A stretch of 64,000 bases of DNA, taken from the NCBI RefSeq assembly GCF_902459465.1, contig NC_047079.1:2108001-2172000 (forward strand), in the 5' to 3' direction. Positions 11,188 through 21,073 of the stretch are shown here, piece after piece (positions within the stretch are counted from its first letter, which is position 1; the number at the start of each line of letters is the position of its first letter). Position numbers and translations under genes: made by a program. This DNA is from Asterias rubens (lineage: Eukaryota). The notes beneath the pieces were generated by a model that searched no databases, was not told the DNA's origin, and saw only the letters and a list, made by a program, of their open reading frames with translations.

Positions 11188-14100
11188 ATGAAGTGTGTTA
11201 TTTTTGCTCTAGGTGAGTATATTTCCTTTCATTTCAAATTAAACAAAAGGCATGCCTGACAACACAGAACAGTGGGAACCAGAAGGACCTCTCCTGACTG
11301 GACACTGGATGGACCGTGGAAGAGGAAGAAGTGGCGGCTCAACATCGGTCTGTTTGGAAGCTTCTCTCAAGTCAGGCAGCCGGTGCAAAAATGTATTATG
11401 CTAACTGATGATGACGATGATGCCCAGGGCCCATTTTTATAGAGCTGCTCAAATTCCAAAGGTAGTTAAGAATAAGATTTACCAGCCATTCTACCATGCC
11501 ACATGCACATGTGATTGGTATCCTGCTATTTGTTTTGCTGAGCAAAAATTTGTTTAGCAATAATTATGTTCTGCTTAAGTAGCTGTATGAAATTGGGCCG
11601 AGATCTAATTGAGTATCATAAGACAGTGCACTCTTTTTGGTGGTCGTGCCTTTTGGTTGGCTGCTCCAAAGGTAGTTGAATGCCTTTTATACGGGGTGTT
11701 TTTGAATGTGTGTTACTACTTGCTGGGTAGATTACTTATATCGGTTGAGGACTTGTCTTCAGGCTACCGCTAATAACATTTCTCGGAATTCGATTTCTCA
11801 GCTCTGAAAAGAAAGGTAGGAAATCGGTGGGATATCTCTTTCTCTACTACTACTGTCGCTTTATGTGGATCGATGGGACTTCTCGTTATTAACTTCACTA
11901 CCACGGAGATCAGTTCTTAGTTGACTCAAAGTTTCGAACAGCTTGCTCTTACTAGTCATCGTCAGAAGAATGAGAGATGTGGTCCTATGTACAGGGGCTC
12001 AGATGTTTCAATGTAGAGTCCGTCACTTCTCTGGTTGATTCTCCTTGAGACATGGGGTTGGTGGGAGAGTGCCCTGCGTAGTACTCGTGTATAGTGGGCC
12101 GAGCGTGTCAGTAGACTGTGGGATGTCAGTAACATACATTGACACGATTGACTAAAGCACAAATAGGGAGGTTGAGCTGCACGTCCCGATTGAACGTGAA
12201 CGTCAACAAATTATGTTGTTAAAATCTCACGTAGTTTTCGCATATACGTGAAATTACCATATTTTACGTCAGGTAGGTACGTGTGCACAGACGTCATACG
12301 TGAACTTGCAATAAGCCCAATGTGTTGGCGTCACCAAGAAACAGCACAATTTGTTGACGTTCACGTTCACGTGTTTGCTCGCGTTACGTGCTGCTAAACC
12401 TCGTTATTGACTAAAACACACATTGACTAAACCCCTATCCCAATACAGAGCCTCTTCCTTTGTGCTGTACACACATATTAAACACGAAAGTCCAAGGCCG
12501 CGGCCGCCAGGGCTACCTAAACAAATTTTCATTAAAAAATTCAACTTGTCAAAGAAATCAAGATATTTTTTTAAAGATAAGTTGTTTGAAGCGTCGTTGG
12601 CCTTATTTGTCAATGTATTGCTATCTTTCAGCTGTGTTGATCCCGTGCTGTTTGGGTTCCCGGCCCCTCATCGTGGGTGGAAAAGAGTCTACCCCACACA
12701 GCCGACCCTACCAGGCCGCGACCATGACCAAGAAAATCAAAATACGCTGCGGGGCCTCGTTAATTCACAACAACTGGGTTGTCACTGCCGCACACTGCGC
12801 GTAAGTATCCATTCACGTCAAACTTCATAATATTTAGGCATAACACCCCGGTAGTCCACATCATTATCATACCCCACCATCTTGATCATGTTCCCCGTAT
12901 CCAGTCAACAGTAATGCTTGCTCTATTCATTGTACAAAACATACCAGACTGTTTTGCCTTCCAGCCTCGGCTTGGTTACAATAATTTCAAATTGGAAACA
13001 ATCAAGATGGCCACACACTAAAGAAGGTCTTTATTCACACAACACAGGACTTGTTCTGCATACTGTTTTCGTCTACGGGTATCCACATTGCAGAGCTTAT
13101 CATTGTTTCGTCGAACCTCGTTTGAAGGAAAGAAATTAGTCTAGATCTATTTAAGGAAAACCACGCAATTTCGAGTAATACTTGTGTGGATCATTATATT
13201 CTACTTTAAAAATATCTTTCTAATCATATGCATTCTATAACAAACGGTTACGTTTTTCAAAGACCAACTCGACAGATCCAAGGCAACGTGTTCTTAAAAA
13301 GGTGGCACCAGACTGATCAGGTTTAACTTCCATCTCTCAGCATTCGAAGATTACCGAGAACAATAGATTTTACCCGCTGCTGACTCTGCTGCCATCAAGC
13401 GTCCTTAAAGTCCCACATTGAGTCACACCTTGACTACAATTGTTTGAATGTATTTTTCTTTAGCCCTGATGACACCAGTGTTGTCGCACGCGTTGGTCTC
13501 GGGTATCACGAGAGAGATCAACACGATGGACCAAACCAGCAGGTTATTACAGGCAAATGGATCCTTCATCCTGATTTCGGTACTGGCGGGCATAATTTGA
13601 ATAACGACATAGCCCTAATCCAGCTAGACACTCCCGCCGTCTACAACTCCGATGTTCAACCCATCAGCATTAGCTTTAGCCCCCCTAAGGAAGGTCTTGA
13701 GATGCTCGTTAGCGGTTGGGGAAGACTAGAAAAAGGTAAGCAGGATTGATCAGAAACAAATGATTAATACCCTCAATTGGTTACGCACATCATATAAAGG
13801 AACATTACAGAATTGGTAAGAAACAAAAATCGTGAAGATAACTGATTTTTGTACAACTTAAACGGTCTAATGATGATGATGATAGTTAAAAACATTCTTG
13901 AAATATTTCTGTCTGAAATGGCGTATTTGATGAGAAACAAATAATCTAACTTCGCGATTGGAGTTTATCGCTCGATAAGCATTTTATTTGTTTATATTTT
14001 GCCATCGATGCACTGCAAAATTTGTAATCGGTTTTCACTATTCTCTCGTGACCCAGATGGCTGATCGATCTCAAACTTCTGAAGGTTTGTCAGTTTGTGT

Positions 14101-15233
14101 ATGGTGGATTACATAAATTGCTTAAACTGCCAGGAACGGTTCTTGCATTATTATCTCGCACCTTCGATGACCAATGAGCTAAATTTTTCACAGGTTTGTT
14201 ATTTGATGCATATGTTGATATACACCAAGTGAGAAGACTGGTGTCCATTGAAAATTTGAACTCCGCCACTGTTATATTTTGGTGGTAATCGACGGTTTTT
14301 GGTCAAATTATGACGTCACTTTTTCACCAAAAAGTTGTAATTCCCAAGGTTTTGCAAGTTTTGCATGTCTCCACACGGGAAAGTTGTTCAGGATACTCAA
14401 CTTGGTCGCTTTGCACCGTCAAAACGCGATTTCCAGAGTTGACTATTAAAAAAACAAGACGGCCGCTCTTCCCTTTTCCTTGCCCAGGGAATAAACTTTT
14501 TAAGTTTCGAGCCACCCCGAAAAGCCGAATTAGCGTGATTACTTTTTGCGGTAACCCCACCCGAGTGTGCCAGTTGTCTTTAACTATGACATATGTGGTT
14601 TTGTTTTTACGATATAGCAAGCGTAATGGAATCTCCTATTGCATTGAATGAGGTTATCGTGTACGCAAATAGTCTTCAAGAGTGTACAAACGCCTTCAAA
14701 CAACTAACACCTAACATGTTCTGTGCTGGTGTTAGCAGTGGAGGGAAAGGTTCCTGTCAAGTGAGTGATTTCAAAACTTGCAAATAATGTTCCCGATTGG
14801 AAGAACTTTGTCTATAGGGCACTTTAGGACTCTAGGTGGCAGCATACTTTATCAGGTAAATTCAAATTGTTTACGTTGTTAGGAGCAAGCGCACAGAAAT
14901 AGAAACAAGGACGGTGCATTTACCTGGTAAGTCTGCTGCCACCTAGCGTCACTTAAGAAGTCGCTCATTGAACTGCATTGATTTTTTTTTTTTTTTTTTT
15001 TTACTTCTCATCGTTGATTTCTGGTTGCTATTATTCGTCAACAGGGTGACAGCGGTGGTCCAATTGTCAGTAACTTCGCCAAGTCCTCTCATGTGTCTGA
15101 AGTACGCCTTAGAGGTATCGTCAGCTGGGGTATCGGTTGCGCCTTGGCAAAGTATCCCGGCGTATACACAAAGATATCCAACTACTGTACCTGGATAAAT
15201 GAAAAGACCAACGGAGACGTTACATGTGTTTAA
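11188..15233 (+). CDS. Secreted S1A serine protease, copy B, 5 exons, 265 aa
   Basis: Exons: 11188-11212, 12632-12800, 13464-13735, 14618-14760, 15045-15233 = 798 nt, one open frame, all [29 protein letters not shown]; TAAHC, NNDIALI, GKGSCQGDSGGP. AATAAA overlaps the stop codon (15232-15237). Confidence 0.94.
11428..11599. mobile_element. Short MITE of the same GGCCCAATTT family in intron 1 of copy B
   Basis: GGCCCATTTTTATAGAGCTGCT ... AGTAGCTGTATGAAATTGGGCC, with flanks CAG and GAG. Confidence 0.7.
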
Positions 15234-16019
15234 ATAAAGCCATTCTGGGTGTTAGATTTGATTATTGTCTAGTACAATCACGTGCTTGATCACAAGTTAC
15301 CACTTAAATTTGTATTCCTCAGACTCAAGATAGTTTCTACGACACGTGAATTCGGGCAAACTTTTCCGTAGTTATGCAAGAAACGGTGATCGAATGTGTA
15401 TGGCACAATGATACCGGGGTTTGCCCATGATCATAGGTTGCTATGCAAAGGCCTGCCCCATACCATTTGACATAGCAACTAATTCAAATGTAAGCGGTAC
15501 ATTGTGACTATTAAGCAAGTCATTGTACCAGAAATTATTCAAATATATAACTAGCAAACGGCATTTGGGATGAGTCTTTTCGGAGTTTGATTTTCTTTTG
15601 TTTTTACCCGCATACTCGATACAGGATATCAGATATGTAACCTTGTCCAAATCCCCGCTCTCTATGGCACAAGAGTCTGACGTCTGACAGAAGGGGACCT
15701 TTTACTTGTTTTAAAATAAATAAATATATCAATATATTGACAAAGGGAGACCGCCATGCCAACATGGGCTAGATAGCTCAGTTAGTAGAGCACCGCACGT
15801 TAATCCGGAGGTCGTTGCTTCGACTCTCACTCATGTCAATGTTCTTTGTTCAACCCCAAAACAGAATTTATAACGTGACATTTTTGGCATAATTTAACGA
15901 CTAAAGAAAACAAACAGTTGATTTGTGTCGAAGGATACACACAGTCTTCAAAACGTATAAACGCTCATTTGCCGGGCACAAAATCACGACTCTGCTATCT
16001 GGTCTTGAGAGCAGAGAAT

Positions 16020-16085
16020 GGTTGCCTTAGGGGGACCGTTGCCTTAGGGGGACCGTTGCCTTAGGGGGACCGTTGCCTTCGGACG
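16020..16085. repeat. 17-bp tandem repeat (GTTGCCTTAGGGGGACC), ~3.5 copies
   Basis: The homologous site in the left arm (~2280-2310) has about 2 copies. Confidence 0.85.
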
Positions 16086-16889
16086 GCTGGGCTCTATGCT
16101 GGGATATGAAAGCGTTTGTAATGAGATTAGTATGGCTGCAAAGAGGTTTTAAAAGAAGAATAATTATAATGATTCAAATATTAATGTATCCTTCTGAGTT
16201 GTGTGATTTTTCTCTCATATCGGTTTTTACATTGATTTTAAATAGAGAAAATCAAGATTTGCGAGTGCGAGTGCGACACAAATTTTGACCTAACACAGTC
16301 GCAACGAATAATTCGCATCAGTTGACAACAACAATAACTGGTGTATACGTTTAACATGCTCGTTTAACACATACGTTTAATATACTCTGTGACATTGTTT
16401 TACTCAACACCTCAGCAAAAGTCATGTTTTAAGGAAAGCTTTACTATCATCAACTTCCAACTGTGTTTGAGTAAATCTCTGGAAATTGTTGTTGTACTAC
16501 AAATAGTATTCAAATCCTTTAAAGGTAATGGACACTATTGGTAATTACTCAAAATAGTTATTAGCATAAAACCTTACTGGGTAACGAGTAATGAGAAGCT
16601 GTTGATATACAGTATACAACATTGTGAGAAACTGCTCCCTGTGAAGTAACCCTCAAGTCCTTTTCCGCGAATTTAATTTCGAGACCTCAGAATTAGAATT
16701 TGAGGTCTCGAAATCAAGCATCTGAAAGCACACAACTTCGTTTGACAATGATGTTTTTCTTTCATTATTATCTGGCAACTTCGACGACCGATTGAGCTCA
16801 AATTTTAACAGGTTTGTTATTTCAATCTGCATACTGTTGAGATACACGAAGTGCGAAGACTGGTCTTTGTTAATTACAAATAGTGTCCA

Positions 16890-17127
16890 GATTATAGAGC
16901 GGCGCAAGGCGCAAGATGCGGAACTCGGGCGTAAATGTTAAATCCCACTGGACGCCATTTCGGCAAGTAACTCTTTGATACAACAGTAGATCAGTGCAGA
17001 CAATGACCATTCCTCTCAATGGAAAACAAAACATTCACTTGCTGAAATGGCGCCCATGCGTATTTCACGTTACAACAATAGATAAAGCTTCAGTTCCGCA
17101 TCTTGTGCCTTGCGGCGCTCTATAATC
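16890..17127. mobile_element. MITE inserted at the right end of a Kolobok-like copy
   Basis: GATTATAGAGCGGCGCAAGGCGCAAGATGCGGAACT ... AGTTCCGCATCTTGTGCCTTGCGGCGCTCTATAATC. Confidence 0.75.
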
Positions 17128-17276
17128 TTTGCTTTAAGAAACGCATTGCTTGTGGTCTACAGCGTAAACGTCATTCCAGGTGGTACCGCAGCGTAGCGCC
17201 AACAGACTACTAGTTGTCCGAGGCTCTTTACGCAAGCCCCCCCCATCCCCCACCCCCGCTCTGCTTTTGGACGACG

Positions 17277-17468
17277 AACTGCATATATACATCACGATAC
17301 TGCGTACTTGATATACAGAACTTGATACCGTGGGGTCGAAGTATGTTTTTACATGGTTTTTCAACCTTGTACAAACGTAGTCGCATCGTACGAGGTTGAA
17401 AACCATGCTTCGACCCCACGGTATCAAGCACTGTTTTGTACCGTGCAGTATAGTATCTATGCAGTTCG
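17277..17468. repeat. Long foldback/hairpin element
   Basis: TTGATACCGTGGGGTCGAAG...ATGGTTTTTCAACCT pairs with AGGTTGAAAACCATGCTTCGACCCCACGGTATCAAG; the outer ends are GAACTGCATA / TATGCAGTTC. Confidence 0.75.
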
Positions 17469-19493
17469 TGAATTCAGAGCGGGCCGGTGCTTGCGTAAAG
17501 AACCTTGTACAAGGCAAACAGACTAAATGTACACAACACATACATATGGTGGTCAATTTCTTAAAACATCCACTTTAATGTTCAAAATGGTACCGCTGAT
17601 AAAACATCATTGGTGTATATCTACACTCCATAGAAACTTTATACAGATACAAGTTACGTTTGAAGAGTCGTCAATTCTCGTGATAAAAGAACTAGAAAGC
17701 AACAGACTTTCTTCAAAAAACAACTTTCTTGATATTTTACAAAGAATTGCACTAAAGTCATGTGTTAAACAGAGACATTGTCAAGAAAACTACCTGAGAA
17801 AGCCATTTGATCTGTCAACAGCGACAGAACAACCACTAAGATGTTGTCCAACCCGTCATTCGATTTTCTTGCAAATACAGAGTTGGCAAAATTATTTCAG
17901 CATTTGTATCTAACTGACATACACCCAGCACAAGCAGGTTGGTAATACTTACGTAATGGCACAGGTGAAATAAAACAAAATCTATACAAACGAATTAAGA
18001 ATAGTTCAACACACGCAGGTATGTCATGTACATTCACAAAAATGCATCCAGGCTTATGGGGCATTCGTTCCTTTGTCCTTAAACTGAACAGTTTTCCGTA
18101 GACTCTGACTCAAATTTCTTTCTCCCTTTCCCCCATGGACCGAGTCCTTTTATTTTCCCTTGTTTTGTTGTCCTTTGTCTCCAAAAGGTACTTAAAATTA
18201 CAACACCCTTGAGTTAACAATCGAAAAAATATTGCAAGCAACACTGTGCTAATTGCATCTGCTAATACGTGCATGTACACATGTAGTACATCAGGTCCTT
18301 CAAGATTGGTTCAAAGTCTGTGATCGTGGCTTTTAGTCTAATCCGATAGCCAAAACACTTTTGCCTGAAACAGCGCCCTCTTGTGGATTAACCTCCGTCA
18401 TTAACGTAAGATCACAAGTTAGGCCGTTTGATAGCCACATGTACATGCAATCTTTGGGTAGAGTCTTGTGTGGCTGATGTTGATGTGATCTCATCAGACA
18501 TGAAATGAAGTCTAAGGTTCTCCCCGTCCACACATGTTTTACTTAAATGTATGACTTCTTAAACATCAGTTAACCGCTGATTTCACAAAGACTAGAATAA
18601 TTGTCTAGTTACTGTGAATCACAATTTCTTGATTTGTGCAATTCATAATCATAGACGTTAAACCAATGTTTGTATGAGAGAGATTGGTTGTTGCCAGCTT
18701 GGCGTTTATATCCCCCTGTGGGAGTTTGCAGAGTTCCCTTGACGGGAGATCATCTAAACTATCAAACAAACAAGCTAATTTGAGTGATCTTTGCAACCAC
18801 ACTCAGGCCCGATACCAAATGCAGGCAACATGACCAATTGTATTTAGTATGCCCCCGGGGTCAAGGCACTGGTGCATCTTGATTGTTCCAGTACACTTAA
18901 ACTGCCCTCGTAGTAGAGGCGCCCATTACGACATAAAACCTGTGTTGTCTATCAACGAAGTAATAGGCCAGCACAAGTGTTCGAGATCATCCTCTACAAC
19001 TGAACTCAGAAAAACTATCAACATTTGTTTCCACTTCAAAATAATAACTATAATGGTGCTCATTCTTACAACTCACATGTTATTGGTCCTGCCATCTCGA
19101 TCATTTTTTAACAAAGATAATGTCTTATTTAAAGTTCATAGATTTACAAATAACTTACAGGGTTTATAGAAGGTAATGGTGAAAGACTTCCCTTGAAATA
19201 TTATTCCATGAAATGCTTTACTTTTTGAAGAAAGATTAAAAAAATTATCAATTCTCGATATCGAGAATAACAGATTTATTTTAAATACATGTCATGACAC
19301 AGCGAAAATGCGGAAACAAGAGTGGGTTTTCTCGTTATTTTCTTCCGACTCCGATGATCGATTGAGGCTAAGTTTTACAGGTTTGTTATTTTAACTATAA
19401 GCTGTGATGCACGAAGTGTCTGTGGGCCTTTGGAAAATACTGTTTACCGATGTTGTGCGATTGCTTTAAAACATTCCCCAACTATACTTAACC

Positions 19494-19867
19494 TTTACAG
19501 GCAGTGTACACTATTGTAGACTAGCATTCACAGTTGGTGTATCTCAACATGTTTAAAATAACAAACCTGTGAAAATTTGAGCTCAATCGGTCATCGAAGT
19601 TGCGAGATAATAATGACAGAAAAAACACCTTGTTACACGAAGTTGTGTGCGTTTAGATGGTTGATTTCGAGACCTCAAGTTCTAAATCCGAGGTCTCGAA
19701 ATCAAATTGGTGAAAAATTACTTCTTTCTCGAAAACTATGGCAATTCAGAGGGAGCCGTTTCTCACAGTGTTTTATACTATCAAACTCTCCCCGTTACTC
19801 GTCACCAAGAAAGGTTTTATGCCAATAATTATTTTGAGTAATTACCAATAGTGCCCACTGCCTTTAA
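19494..19867. mobile_element. Kolobok-like non-autonomous element (reverse orientation)
   Basis: Ends AATTACCAATAGTGCCCACTGCCTTTAA and shares the internal body. Confidence 0.72.
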
Positions 19868-20972
19868 AGCTGCCAACTCTCCCTGGTTCTGCAGAAAGTT
19901 CCCTGAACAAAAAAAAAACATCTTTCCATATTCTGAGGAACAAATTTGCAAAAGTCTCAATGATTATCAAACCTTTTTCCCATATTATGTTGAATGTAGT
20001 TCAACACATATTCCAGATTGTTGTACAAAATTTGATTGTATTTAATATGCAAATGTTGACAGCTCTAAAAGTATACCTTTGGATTTTTGGAACCGATTGA
20101 TCATCAAAATTTTACATAGATGTATACATAGATGTATACAATAAAACTAGCGCCGGTACGTTAATCCGGAGGTCGTTGGTTCGAATCCCACTCAAGTCAA
20201 TTCTTTGTTCATTCCCCAAAATCATAAAACTAACTTGTGAACATTTCATTTCAAAAGGTGGTCTGATTTTTTAGATATAATAACCAGAAATCCAGACCGA
20301 ATATGTCCACGTGAAGAATGTCCCCGAATAGGAACACACAATCTGAGAAGCGTTACTAACAGTAACTCTCGTGGTCAAATTTGGGGTCGTACAAAGCTGA
20401 TACTATTTCCAAATGTACATAACCACATTACTTTGAAATGAAATGTTTCTCACAATTCTTTAATTTTACTATCAAAGTTGCTGTAGGCTTCAAACCAAAA
20501 CTTTTTATTACCATTAATTGTTAAAGTGAGACCAAACTCATACCTTCCCTTAAACAAAGACGAGCTAAGTTTTGCAAAAGTTGACAATCTAATCACCCAA
20601 AATACAGTAACGGAATAGTTTTTATTCAGGCACGGTGGCCTGTCAATATTCTTACATTTTCATACCTCTCACTGTTGTTCCCCGTTTCGTTGAAAATTGA
20701 TATATTATTCACAGCTTTTTAAAACTAATTTCTCGTCAAAATTCCCAATTCCTCTTTAATGAATTCTACAACTCCTCATGGCAAGTACAAAAATATATCC
20801 AGGCAAGACATCTTTTGGTGTAAACTTCTACAGATGATTATTTCTGCACAAAAGAAAAGACACAGATTTGTTTCGACATTAAATGTTTTACCCAAGAGCA
20901 TCTGGGATAAAGGAGTTCTCACAGGAGAGGTTATATCGAGGTCTGCTCCTACTTCCTTCATCTTCTGTTCAT

Positions 20973-21073
20973 TATAGGCCACTCCCACAAAGGCCACTCC
21001 TGTAGGCCACTCCTGTAGGCCACTCCCCTTATAGGCCACTCCCCTTATAGGCCACTCCCAAGAAGGCCAGTTC
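20973..21073. repeat. 13-16-bp minisatellite spanning the USP48 stop codon
   Basis: AGGCCACTCC at 20976, 20991, 21004, 21017, 21033 and 21049, plus a degenerate seed AGGCCAGTTCC at 21064. Confidence 0.9.

Larger units (their letters stand above)
2157..16220. repeat. Large inverted duplication (arms ~2157-7875 and ~8325-16220, spacer ~450 bp)
   Basis: Reverse-complement matches were checked by eye in all five exons, introns, 3' flanks (2157-2400 vs 15900-16220), promoters (6340-6700 vs 10870-11185) and inner flanks (7640-7875 vs 8325-8510; 6840-7560 vs 8620-9310). Confidence 0.92.

Noticed and set aside
12423-12830. 135-aa ORF overlapping protease exon 2 (also 5248-5592)
   Set aside because: An alternative frame of exon 2 plus intron, mirrored in both arms only because of the duplication.
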